DNA of 64,000 nucleotides, taken from positions 16,421 to 80,420 of the forward strand of contig JAFGFY010000004.1 in assembly GCA_016930795.1 (NCBI GenBank), read 5' to 3'. Under the pieces are notes generated by a model, which was not told where the DNA came from, did not search any database, and saw nothing but the letters and a program-made list of their open reading frames with translations. The stretch is from Deltaproteobacteria bacterium (GTDB taxonomy: Bacteria; Desulfobacterota; DSM-4660; Desulfatiglandales; HGW-15). The position numbers were made by a program, and so were the translations under genes. This document shows, piece after piece, positions 26,028-35,549 of this stretch; within the stretch, counting starts at the first letter, position 1, and each line of letters begins with the position of its first letter.

Positions 26028-27401
26028 CTACGGAAAGATCGGATGAAATTCCGTCCTGCGGTTCAGACTTTTGATCGCTGGATCTTCATTGGATACGATC
26101 GGCCTTGTGAGTCCGAAACCTTTTATCGCAAGCTGGTTTGCCGGAACGCCCCTATCGATGAGATAGGACTGCACCGCTTTCGCCCGCGATATGGAAAGCT
26201 CAATATTATACTCAGGGGTGAAAATATCACACGTGTGTCCATGGAGCTCCATCTTCAGGTTAGGATTGAGCTTCACTATCTCGGCGATTTTATCCAGCAT
26301 GTGATAGAATATCGGCTTGATATCATATTTGTCCAGATCAAACTGCACTTTTCCAAGAATCCAACACCCGTTTTCGTCGATTTTGGCCCCCTGAGGCGTC
26401 TGCGGACATTTGTCGCAAGCATCACCCACACCGTCACAGTCTGTGTCAGCCTGATCCATATTGGTCTTCTCCGGGCAGTTGTCACACAGATTCCCCACAC
26501 CATCGCGGTCGGAGTCGACCTGGTCCGGATTGACTGTTTCAGCACAATTATCACACTTGTCACCGATCCCGTCACCATCACCATCCGCCTGATCAGGGTT
26601 GGGGACATCCGGGCAGTTATCACATATATCGCCAAATCCGTCATTGTCACGATCAGGCACCCTGGTCAAAAAGACTTGTGTCACAAAATCGGCCATCTTT
26701 TTAGGGGACGCTATCTCATCGGCATTGGACAAGAAGCCGCACCCGTTGACCGAGACAATCTCCTCATACAGGCTTTTGCCCCTGGCACTGTCTCCCACCA
26801 GCACGGGGTATATGCAGATCCTGTCTTCAAAAAGCTTTTTCATCTTCTTTACAGCAAATAAAGGGTTGCCCAGGCCTTCGCCGTCACCGATCAGAATAAT
26901 GGCCGTATTCCCTTGAAGTTCCTTCAGGTCTTCACAAGCCGCTTCAAGAGCGGTTCCCGGATTAGTCTCGCCGCCGGGAGATTTGAGGTTTGCTACCGCC
27001 GCCTCGAAGCTCTCGGGAGTATATTTTCTCATACCGTAAACAAGATCTGTCTCTTTTTTAGATTCCCAGCCCGGGCCGAAGATCCTGAGACCTGCTATCA
27101 GTTGAATGTCGGGAATCGTTAGATCCATACGCCGGATCATTTCTCTGGCAATGGCCAACTTTTTATTTCCTGAATAAGGGAGAGTCATGGAGTGTGACAT
27201 GTCAAGAATGACCATAAAATTCTCCACCTTTTGGACGTACTTGCAGTTGTCGAGCAGGGGATTGAGATCAACCGGTACAAATCTCGCGCCTATATCCGCA
27301 TAAGGGGCCATGTCTTGGGTCGACTTTCCTGTGGCACAGGCCACCAGCAGTGTGGTGAGTAATAGAGCAAAAAAAGTCTTGGCGTGATGACGGTTCATCA
27401 T
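26028..27401 (-). CDS. Lipoprotein with vWA domain, thrombospondin type-3 repeats and OmpA-C domain
   Basis: Lipobox LLVAC; MIDAS-like DMSHS; DxDxDGxGDxCDNC repeats; VQFDLDK, GHT, SISRA, NRR; ATG 27401 fits the GGAGG RBS. Confidence 0.85.
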   Translation of the reverse strand: MMNRHHAKTFFALLLTTLLVACATGKSTQDMAPYADIGARFVPVDLNPLLDNCKYVQKVENFMVILDMSHSMTLPYSGNKKLAIAREMIRRMDLTIPDIQLIAGLRIFGPGWESKKETDLVYGMRKYTPESFEAAVANLKSPGGETNPGTALEAACEDLKELQGNTAIILIGDGEGLGNPLFAVKKMKKLFEDRICIYPVLVGDSARGKSLYEEIVSVNGCGFLSNADEIASPKKMADFVTQVFLTRVPDRDNDGFGDICDNCPDVPNPDQADGDGDGIGDKCDNCAETVNPDQVDSDRDGVGNLCDNCPEKTNMDQADTDCDGVGDACDKCPQTPQGAKIDENGCWILGKVQFDLDKYDIKPIFYHMLDKIAEIVKLNPNLKMELHGHTCDIFTPEYNIELSISRAKAVQSYLIDRGVPANQLAIKGFGLTRPIVSNEDPAIKSLNRRTEFHPIFP

Positions 27402-27446
27402 ATTGTGCAACCTCCAAATTCTGGGTGTTCTTGAGTGATGTTCATT

Positions 27447-28199
27447 CTACTCGTCTTCAACCTTGTATCCGTTTTGGTACTTTTCCTCCAGAATTAACGA
27501 ACCGGCCTCGGAAAAAGTCCTTTTCATACCGTGAAGTCTTCCGTCTCTATAGTGCACCTGCTCCTTCAACTGGCCGTTTTTATAAAAGTATTTGCCCTCA
27601 CCGTTCAGAATGCCGTCTTGATATGTCAGAATCTCGCATTCAACACCCGATTGATAGTATTTCTTGTAGAGGCCGTCCAGCTTTCCTCTTTTGTAGTGTG
27701 CCTTGGACCAGCCGCTTTCAAAAAATTCAGTGGCAGGGCCTTCCTTTTCCCCATCTACATAGGTCCATTCAGCCCTCGTGTCTCCATTTTCATAATAATC
27801 CCAGGCCGGTCCTTCTTTCATCCCATTCCTGTAATTTACCTTTGCCTTAACCACACCGTTCTCGAAAAATTCCTGAGCCAGACCTTCTTCCTTTCCATCC
27901 TTGAAATTCGTCTCAGCCTTGATCTTGCCGTTTTTATAGTATTCCTGAGCCAGACCTTCTTCCTTTCCTAACTGGTAACTCACCTTTGTCTTGAGCATGC
28001 CGTTTTCAAAGTATTCCTGAGCCAGGCCTTCTTTTATCCCGTTCCTATACGAGATTTCTTGCTTTAGCTGCCCGCCGGGATAATATGACTTTTCAACCGT
28101 TATCAAAGGAGACTTTCGTCCGACTTTGCCGGAATCCGCCCCCGCACACCCCAGGACGAAGAGCAAAAGAAAAATGCCGATTTTTTTAAACGTGTTCAT
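27447..28199 (-). CDS. MORN-variant (YwqK-like) repeat lipoprotein
   Basis: Lipobox FVLGC after ATG 28199 (GAGG RBS); 24-aa repeats such as KEEGLAQEYYKNGKIKAETNFKDG. Confidence 0.82.
   Translation of the reverse strand: MNTFKKIGIFLLLFVLGCAGADSGKVGRKSPLITVEKSYYPGGQLKQEISYRNGIKEGLAQEYFENGMLKTKVSYQLGKEEGLAQEYYKNGKIKAETNFKDGKEEGLAQEFFENGVVKAKVNYRNGMKEGPAWDYYENGDTRAEWTYVDGEKEGPATEFFESGWSKAHYKRGKLDGLYKKYYQSGVECEILTYQDGILNGEGKYFYKNGQLKEQVHYRDGRLHGMKRTFSEAGSLILEEKYQNGYKVEDE
27870..27968. repeat. 27-bp exact direct repeat at 72-bp spacing inside the MORN gene
   Basis: TTCCTGAGCCAGACCTTCTTCCTTTCC at 27870 and 27942; a diverged third copy near 28014. Confidence 0.8.
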
Positions 28200-28215
28200 A
28201 TAGTCCTCGATTTCT

Positions 28216-28830
28216 CTATGGTTTTTCCAACGGGTAAGGTCCCCCCAAGGCAATCCAAACGCCGTTTACGTACCCCATCTCCGTATGATATTTATCCGGA
28301 AAACGATTCGTGAGTGAGAAGTCATAACGCCGCTTAAGGCTGCCATGCTCTGTGAAATAGACATCAGGCATCACCTCAGCAAATTGAATGACGTTGATTT
28401 GTCCCCAATTGATGGTGCTTTCTTTTCTGGTCGTCCATCTCACTCTGAAGTGCCACCTTCCGGGTGTATTATCTTCTTCGTAGAACTTCTTCTCGTCTCT
28501 ATTCCAATTGTTGAGGCCGATCGGATCCCTATATCTGGCATGCCTCATCCAGTAACCGTCAAAACTAAAGGAAGTATATTCGGTTCTGCGCGGACGATGG
28601 TAGGCTTTGAGGCGCGGCTCTGCGTTATAGGTGTTGCTTATCATGACAATCACCCCGTTGAAGCCGGGATCTCCGCCGATGATCTTCATCGCCGTAGTAA
28701 ACAGAAAATCATATGCTTCTTCAGCCATGAACTGATCTTTTTTGTTTTCAGCCAGAATAGTCCTTTGCCCAACCAAAGACAGCATCAGGCAGATGATGGC
28801 AAAGAGAGATATTCTTTTCAAAGGTTTCAT
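28216..28830 (-). CDS. Secreted hypothetical protein
   Basis: ATG 28830 gives signal-peptide-like MKPLKRISLFAIICLMLSLVGQRTILA; aromatic-rich mature region; no family recognised. Confidence 0.6.
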   Translation of the reverse strand: MKPLKRISLFAIICLMLSLVGQRTILAENKKDQFMAEEAYDFLFTTAMKIIGGDPGFNGVIVMISNTYNAEPRLKAYHRPRRTEYTSFSFDGYWMRHARYRDPIGLNNWNRDEKKFYEEDNTPGRWHFRVRWTTRKESTINWGQINVIQFAEVMPDVYFTEHGSLKRRYDFSLTNRFPDKYHTEMGYVNGVWIALGGPYPLEKP

Positions 28831-28982
28831 GGAGACATTCTCATCATAGAGGCGTTCTCTTTTCTCCGAGAATCGAAGCACGACTGATACAGGACTTCCT
28901 TCAATCAACAGCCTTAGAAAATGGCAAAACCAATGAGTCAAAACCCATTCAGGTGTCGCTTAGTAGACGGGGTGTGTCAAGT

Positions 28983-28995
28983 TAACTTTTTGATA
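28983..28995. promoter_or_regulatory. IHF binding site
   Basis: TAA-CTTT-TTGATA, exact match to YAA-N4-TTGATW (reverse of WATCAA-N4-TTR). Confidence 0.55.
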
Positions 28996-29021
28996 TAACT
29001 TAAAAAAATTCATCTAATGCC

Positions 29022-29037
29022 AGGCACTAGGATTGCA
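29022..29037 (+). promoter_or_regulatory. sigma54 (-24/-12) promoter of the wza-wzc operon
   Basis: AGGCAC-TAGGA-TTGCA with correct GG/GC spacing; IHF consensus just upstream. Confidence 0.6.
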
Positions 29038-29261
29038 GGATTCTATCGCTCTTCCCCCATGCTTTGCGGGAAGATCTTTTTTGTCAGCTATACTGGTATC
29101 ATTCTTTACGGAGAATTTCCAGAATTAAGTCAGCTCCTGAATGAATTATATCAATTTTTTTATTGACTTAAGTATTACCTTTACATTATCTAATCAAAGG
29201 AAACAATCCCAAAAATGTCACTATCCTTTCACTATTATTAACAAATATAGTATTCAAAAGG

Positions 29262-30029
29262 ATGAGGCGCATGATGCACTTATTAATCTCTTTGCGGGTT
29301 ATCAGGCTGTTCAGCGTTGTTGGAGCAGTCTGTATGATTGTCATCCTTCTCGGTTGCGGAAGCACTCCATATATATCAGATCCATACTCGGAATTGCAGC
29401 CGGTTCCCAGACCCAGGGTGACTCTTGGCCCTGGAGACGATATCGAGATTAATTTTACATACTTACCGCGTTTCAATCTGAGCCGAACCATCCAGCGCGA
29501 TGGGGAAATTCAGTTACCATTTATCGGCACGATTATGGCCCAGGGGAAAACACCTGACGAACTGAGGGAAGAATTGATGCAGCTTTACTCCAAAGAGATG
29601 AAGCATCCGGACCTCGTCGTTATCTCTCGAACATTGGTCCAAGATCAGGTCTTCGTGGGAGGGGAGGTCAAAGAACCCGCTTCAATAAATCTGGCCGGTC
29701 AGATGACGGCCCTTCAAGCCATCATGCGGGCGGGCGGTTTTGATATGAGATCTGCTAAGGTCAAAAACGTGGTCATCATACGCCACAAGGACGGTCAAAG
29801 ATACGGCTGTGCCCTTGATTTCAGTGATGTCCTGAAGGGCAAGGAAGGCCGACCATTTTACCTGGAGCCTTACGATATTGTGTGGGTCCCCCAGACCACG
29901 ATCGCTAGGGTCAACCAGTGGATCGATCAATATATCAATAAAATCGTGCCACAGACCGGATTCTTCTATTCATATACATCCGGGAACAAGACCTACGGAA
30001 TCGACACAAACCCGTATAATGTACAGTGA
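29262..30029 (+). CDS. wza: Polysaccharide export lipoprotein (Wza/OPX)
   Basis: Lipobox ILLGC, LGPGDDIEI, DGEIQLPFIG, VGGEVKEP SLBB domain. Confidence 0.88.
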   Translation: MRRMMHLLISLRVIRLFSVVGAVCMIVILLGCGSTPYISDPYSELQPVPRPRVTLGPGDDIEINFTYLPRFNLSRTIQRDGEIQLPFIGTIMAQGKTPDELREELMQLYSKEMKHPDLVVISRTLVQDQVFVGGEVKEPASINLAGQMTALQAIMRAGGFDMRSAKVKNVVIIRHKDGQRYGCALDFSDVLKGKEGRPFYLEPYDIVWVPQTTIARVNQWIDQYINKIVPQTGFFYSYTSGNKTYGIDTNPYNVQ

Positions 30030-30198
30030 TGTTGTTGCTGACTGTGCCGGCTTAAACATAGACTCAAAAACAAGAAACCGAGACGAAGTAACATTTCAAG
30101 ATATCATTCAATGAGATCCTGTTATTAGGAAAGCTTGAAGGGTCAATGAGCTTGGCAATGAACCCCATTTGTTTTCGATAAACATCTTTGGAGAAAAA

Positions 30199-32355
30199 AT
30201 GCCGGAAAAAATCCATAGACAAACGTCTTCAGATAATCTCCTAAGGAATTTCTATAGTGTGGTCTTCCGATATAAACGGAATCTCATTCTGTTTTTTGTG
30301 TGCGTGATGGTAGCCGTACTCGTCGGAACCCTCCTCATGCCCGATGTTTATCAGTCCGATGCTAAGCTGCTGGTTCAAATCGGCCGGGAAAGCATCAACC
30401 TGGATGAGACCACCCCGGAAGTGCAGCCGGTTAACATTCTGCTCAGCAGGGAACAGGAGCTGAATTCAGAGGTAGAGATTCTCATCAGTGAGGAGCTTGC
30501 TGCCTCGGTTGTGGATTCTCTGGGTGCGGATACTGTCCTGGATGATGAAATGCCCGCAGGTGAAGGAGTCTCTTCACCGATATCTTCCCCAAAAGAAAGT
30601 GAACGGAGCCGTGCCATTAAAAAATTGATGAATAATCTGACCATCGAAGTTGTGCAGACAAGCAATATCATCGATCTGGCATATACGGCTGAAAACCCCC
30701 GAGTGGCCATGGCGACCCTCTCTGAGGTCATTGAGCGCTATCTTGAAAAACGTTTTAAGATATATCGTACGGAAGGAGCCTATGATTTCTTTGATCAACA
30801 GAAACAGATGTTGGGGGATGAACTCGCGAAGACTGAGGATAAGATTAAAGCGATCAAATCGACATCCGGCGTAGGCTCAGTGGAGGACCAGAGACGTTTT
30901 CTCCTGGAAAGAAAATCTTTGATGCAAAGAGACAAAGAGGAAACAGATTCCTCCATTGCTGCTTCTACGGCCAAAATCGATGTCCTGAGGGAACTGATAT
31001 CAGTGCTTCCGGAGAGATTGATAACCAACGAGACTACAGGGGGAGCACTGTCAGCGGCGGATACGATGCGAGAGGCGGTCAATGAGCTTCAGTTGAAACA
31101 AAACGAAATTCTGAACGATTTTACCGAAACGAGCATATTCGCCCAGGATATCCGAAAGCAGATTGATGGTGCCAAAATGCTTCTCGCTGAAGCGATTGAT
31201 GCCAAGACAGTAGAACGAGGACTCAACGAGACACGCCAGGCCCTGGAATTGGATTTGGCGACCGAAGAGGCATTGCTCGCGTCATTTCAAGCAAAGGCCA
31301 TAACACTGACAGGCCTGGTGGATAAAGTAGAGGTCGAGCTACGAGATATTATTGAAACTGAAGACAAGCTTAATCGTCTGGAGAGAGAAAGGGAGCTACA
31401 GGAGGATAATTACAGGAAATACGCGGAGGATCTCGAACAGTCCCGGATCGATGGAATCCTGGAGCAGGCACAGATCTCAAACATCCGTGTTTTCCAGGCG
31501 CCTACTTTACCTCAAACGCCGGTCAGCCCAATACTTCTGCTTAATCTTCTTCTTGGAGCCTTGGTGGGTCTGCTCGGTGGGCTCGGACTTGTGTTACTGA
31601 CCGACTACTTCGACCATACATTGAAAACCCCTGAAGATATTGAAGGGAAATTGCAGATACCTGTATTAGGAGCTATTCCATTCTTGGAACAAGGGGTGCC
31701 GCTGGAGTATGGTGAATCATCTGAGCTGAAAACCCAGTGTGGGATCCTGTTGGAACGTTTGATGGCCTTGATAAAGGATGAAAAGGAATCCCAACGTGTC
31801 TTTTCCATTACGAGCTGTCATAGCGGCGAAGGAGTCAGCAACATTTCGGCTTACCTTGCTGGTGCGCTGGCTGATCGAGGCTATGGAAGGGTACTCCTCG
31901 TAGACACAAACTTTGAGAATCCCTTAGCCAATCAGATTTTTGGCTTAGACAGCACCCCTGGATTGGCAGACATGCTTGTCTCAGGCCAAAGCCAGAGTTC
32001 TTTCATTCAGCCGTCTTCTGTCAATAATCTAGACATACTCAGTGCAGGACAGACTGACGAACCAATCAATAGATACATTTTTGAATCAAAGGTATTTACT
32101 GATTTGCTTGGATACTTGAAGAATGAATATACTTTTATCCTTTTCGACACGCCGGCCGTTTGGGAAGAAAGTCATGCCGTCATACTGGGTAGCTTGCTTG
32201 ATAGCGTCATCCTGGTTGTCGCAGCTGAGGAGACTCGGTGGGAAGTCGCTCATCGAGCAAAAGACCGGCTGACCAAAGCCGGGGCAAATCTGTTGGGCGG
32301 TATTCTCAATAAGAGACGTTTTTATGTCCCGAAACGGCTATACCAGAGCATATAG
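30199..32355 (+). CDS. wzc: Polysaccharide co-polymerase (Wzc/GumC-like) with degenerate BY-kinase domain
   Basis: Two TM segments flanking a long coiled-coil; C-terminal TSCHSGEGVS, VLLVD, ILFDTP; ATG 30199 with GGAG RBS. Confidence 0.85.
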   Translation: MPEKIHRQTSSDNLLRNFYSVVFRYKRNLILFFVCVMVAVLVGTLLMPDVYQSDAKLLVQIGRESINLDETTPEVQPVNILLSREQELNSEVEILISEELAASVVDSLGADTVLDDEMPAGEGVSSPISSPKESERSRAIKKLMNNLTIEVVQTSNIIDLAYTAENPRVAMATLSEVIERYLEKRFKIYRTEGAYDFFDQQKQMLGDELAKTEDKIKAIKSTSGVGSVEDQRRFLLERKSLMQRDKEETDSSIAASTAKIDVLRELISVLPERLITNETTGGALSAADTMREAVNELQLKQNEILNDFTETSIFAQDIRKQIDGAKMLLAEAIDAKTVERGLNETRQALELDLATEEALLASFQAKAITLTGLVDKVEVELRDIIETEDKLNRLERERELQEDNYRKYAEDLEQSRIDGILEQAQISNIRVFQAPTLPQTPVSPILLLNLLLGALVGLLGGLGLVLLTDYFDHTLKTPEDIEGKLQIPVLGAIPFLEQGVPLEYGESSELKTQCGILLERLMALIKDEKESQRVFSITSCHSGEGVSNISAYLAGALADRGYGRVLLVDTNFENPLANQIFGLDSTPGLADMLVSGQSQSSFIQPSSVNNLDILSAGQTDEPINRYIFESKVFTDLLGYLKNEYTFILFDTPAVWEESHAVILGSLLDSVILVVAAEETRWEVAHRAKDRLTKAGANLLGGILNKRRFYVPKRLYQSI

Positions 32356-32620
32356 CGAGTTTCACCTCTAAAACATATCACTTTCAACGAATGGACAAGG
32401 ATTTGACCTCCCCTCTTAGAGATCACCCGTTTTATCCATATCAAACATATATCGGCTTTGCTCCTTAAGTCCAGTTCCTGTATAATAACAAGATAGAGAT
32501 GTAGGTCTATTTATCCTGGTAAGATCTGGATGATTGGATAGGAAGCCATAACAGAATCTATTTGTCCAAATTTTTTTAAGAGAATTCGATATCTACTGGT
32601 AAGTTGTTTTCCATTCACTC

Positions 32621-33604
32621 ATGAAAGTCATTGAAACGATAGAGCGAGATTTTTGGGAAGAGATTGCGCGAAACTGTCCGTATGCCACCTTTTTCCACAC
32701 CCCATATTGGTCGGACTTGATGGCCAAGACCTTCTCCTATCTCGATATGACAAAAGGATTCCTCTTTGATAACGGAACAAGTGCAGTCTTCCCCTTCATG
32801 CGGGAAAAGAGTTCTGCATTAAGAAGAGCCTTGGGATGGGATAACTACATTTCAGGCGCCGCCTACACCTATGGCGGACCCATTTCCGATAGACCTCTTA
32901 GTCAAGGTCAGCTCGATGAACTTGACGAATACATTGGTTCAATGGTCAAAAGACACCATATTCTTGTCATTCGAGGCAATCCCTTTGCCCCCAAAAATAT
33001 ACTTCAGGGCTTTAAAAAAATTGAGGATGTATCCCATGTGGTTGAATTACTTAAATGCAAGAATGAAAATGATTTAATGAAAGAATATCATAAAAGGAAC
33101 AGAGATGGTCTTAAGAAAAACCTAAGAGATCGTGTGCTTGAAATAAGGAAAGCGGATTCACTAGATGAATACAAAGAACTGTACAAAATATACCTGAAAT
33201 CGACCACGCACTGGGAGCGTCTCCTGACAAACTACCCTTTTACGCTGTTTCAGAATATCTATGAGCTAAAGAGTGAACATATCAGACTATGGACTACTTA
33301 TTTTAAGAAAAGAATGATTGGTGGAGAGATCATGTTATACTGGAATGATTACTGTACAGGCTTTGTCTCCTATTATGACAGAGAATACTCAAAATTACAA
33401 GGGAGACAGTATATGTTGCATCATGTTTTCATGGATTGCCTGGCAAAAGAGATAAAGTATTATGATTTTCGGCAAAGCGGCGGGGTAAAAGGAGTGGCAG
33501 ATTTCAAGAGGCGAATGGGAGGGATAGTATATTTCTACAGCGCCTGGATCAAAGAAAATAGGATTGCAAAGGCAATGGCAGCTATAAAGAAGGCCCTGGC
33601 TTAG
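32621..33604 (+). CDS. GNAT/FemAB-like acyltransferase
   Basis: ATFFHTPYW, YGGP, YYDFRQSGGVKGVADFKRRMG. Confidence 0.75.
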   Translation: MKVIETIERDFWEEIARNCPYATFFHTPYWSDLMAKTFSYLDMTKGFLFDNGTSAVFPFMREKSSALRRALGWDNYISGAAYTYGGPISDRPLSQGQLDELDEYIGSMVKRHHILVIRGNPFAPKNILQGFKKIEDVSHVVELLKCKNENDLMKEYHKRNRDGLKKNLRDRVLEIRKADSLDEYKELYKIYLKSTTHWERLLTNYPFTLFQNIYELKSEHIRLWTTYFKKRMIGGEIMLYWNDYCTGFVSYYDREYSKLQGRQYMLHHVFMDCLAKEIKYYDFRQSGGVKGVADFKRRMGGIVYFYSAWIKENRIAKAMAAIKKALA

Positions 33605-33623
33605 AAGATAAGGGGCTCGTCAT

Positions 33624-35549
33624 ATGTATTATTTATTGGGGATCAAGTTGCCCAGAGGGATAATCAGGAAAACTTCAGCACTCGTAAAAAGTGTATTCGA
33701 TTATCTAGAATATGCTTTCATGAAAGATGGAAAAGACGACACGATCCGATTTTCCCAAGTAACACATGTAGAAGACTATGAGAAACATTTGAAGAACAGA
33801 AAGAGGGTCTTCAAGTTTTCTGCTGATGTCTATGATGATCTCTTCCCTGAGAAGAAACAAGAAAAAACAGATTCCGCAACAATGATATGTCAGCATATTT
33901 TTGACCTTCTCTCAAGCGGGCCTAAGGAATTGAGCCGGCCTGGAGATGGATATGAGCCAATTGACTGGCATAAGGATTATAAATCAGGCTATCGTTGGGA
34001 TCAGCAAACCCTTCACAGCCGCATCCCCTTTGGAGATAAACCGGGTGTTGATATCAAGGTTCCATGGGAGTTGTCCCGGTTTCAGCACTTGACCCTATTG
34101 GGACAGGCTTACGTCCTGACAGAGAATAAGGCATATGCCGATGAATTCAGAAATCAAATAGATGACTGGATAAAAAATAACAGGGTCGGTTTCGGGGTGA
34201 ACTGGGCAAGCACCATGGATGTCGCTATCAGGGCGGCGAACTGGTTAGTTGCTCAAGAATATTTCTATGGCAAACCTGTTTTATCTGAGGATTTTTGGCC
34301 GTCCTTTTTCTTGAGCATTTATGATCATGGCAGATTCATCCGGCGACATCTGGAGAAGGGACCACCAAAGGCTAACCATTATCTCTCCAATATTGTCGGT
34401 CTATTTTTTATCGCCCTCTATTGTCCGTTTTTTAAGGAGAGCGATAAATGGCGGCGTTTCTGTATGAGAGAACTGGAAAGAGAAATCAAGAGACAGGTCT
34501 ATGATGACGGTTGCAACTTCGAAGGATCTACAGCATATCATCGACTGGCTCTAGAACTATTCTTTTATTCCGACGTTATTGCACAAAGATGCGGGTTCCA
34601 TTTTTCTTCCGCCTACAGTGAGAGACTCAAGAAAATGTTCATTTTTTCCCTCTATTGTTTGAAGCCTGACGGTAGAATTCCTCAGATCGGAGATAATGAC
34701 AATGGACGGTTTCTGATTTTTTCCAGTAGACTAACACTCGATCACGCCTATCTTCTCTCATTGGCGGCGATCCATTTTCAGGATCCGAATTTTAAACTAA
34801 AAAATGTTCCATTTGATGAAGAGGCCTTTTGGGTCTTCGGAAAAGAGGGACATGGAATATGGAAAGACCTGCCATACCGGGAGGAAGAACTCCGTTCTAA
34901 AGCCTTTCCGAACGCCGGTTGGTATATCATGAGGCATAAAAATCATTATTGTTTTGTATCTTGCGGACCTAGCGAACATGAAGGTAAGGGTGCCCATACA
35001 CACAATGATAGACTGAGTTTTGAATTGATGCTCAATGGTGAAGACATTGTCGTGGATCCCGGCACCTATGTGTATACTCCCTTTCCTGAATGGCGAAACA
35101 GATTTCGGAGCACTTCGTTTCATAATACCGTTCAAATAGATCGGATTGAACAAAATGACATTTCCGGAGATCTTTTTGAGATGGTTCAAGGCACAAAAAG
35201 TCGTAAATGTGAATTGACTGAAACAGACAATGCCATTGTATTCACAGGGACATTGGAATATCATAGAACGAATATCACCCACAAAAGGAATATCGTCATG
35301 GATAATGACGGAAAGACTTGTCAAATAGACGAAAAAATATTAAGCGATATGCCTCACATACTGACCCTTAATCTTTGTTTGGGTAATGGGGCTGGTGATT
35401 ACGATATTTCTTTGCAGAATGGATTTTTTGTTGAGATAGATGGGGCCTATTCAAGAGAATATGGTCACAAGGAAGGGGCTATATTTCTTAGATCCACGAT
35501 AGATATAGGCACGGATTTCACGAATAAAATAAGAATCAGAAAGAGATGA
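33624..35549 (+). CDS. Heparinase II/III-like (alginate lyase-fold) protein
   Basis: PWELSRFQHL, ANHYLSN, EGSTAYH, HTHND, VDPGTYVY, FRSTSFHNT. Confidence 0.85.
   Translation: MYYLLGIKLPRGIIRKTSALVKSVFDYLEYAFMKDGKDDTIRFSQVTHVEDYEKHLKNRKRVFKFSADVYDDLFPEKKQEKTDSATMICQHIFDLLSSGPKELSRPGDGYEPIDWHKDYKSGYRWDQQTLHSRIPFGDKPGVDIKVPWELSRFQHLTLLGQAYVLTENKAYADEFRNQIDDWIKNNRVGFGVNWASTMDVAIRAANWLVAQEYFYGKPVLSEDFWPSFFLSIYDHGRFIRRHLEKGPPKANHYLSNIVGLFFIALYCPFFKESDKWRRFCMRELEREIKRQVYDDGCNFEGSTAYHRLALELFFYSDVIAQRCGFHFSSAYSERLKKMFIFSLYCLKPDGRIPQIGDNDNGRFLIFSSRLTLDHAYLLSLAAIHFQDPNFKLKNVPFDEEAFWVFGKEGHGIWKDLPYREEELRSKAFPNAGWYIMRHKNHYCFVSCGPSEHEGKGAHTHNDRLSFELMLNGEDIVVDPGTYVYTPFPEWRNRFRSTSFHNTVQIDRIEQNDISGDLFEMVQGTKSRKCELTETDNAIVFTGTLEYHRTNITHKRNIVMDNDGKTCQIDEKILSDMPHILTLNLCLGNGAGDYDISLQNGFFVEIDGAYSREYGHKEGAIFLRSTIDIGTDFTNKIRIRKR

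Noticed and set aside
27870-28040. CRISPR array
   Set aside because: The repeats are in-frame coding units (72 bp = 24 aa) with related spacers; no cas genes are present.
27447-28199. Toxin-antitoxin immunity protein (YwqK label)
   Set aside because: MORN-variant repeats are a generic scaffold and no recognisable toxin domain is adjacent; kept only as a weak alternative.
29050-29074. Third member of the 15044 palindrome family
   Set aside because: Similarity is limited to short CTTCCC/GGGAAG arms; better explained as a 5' transcript hairpin.
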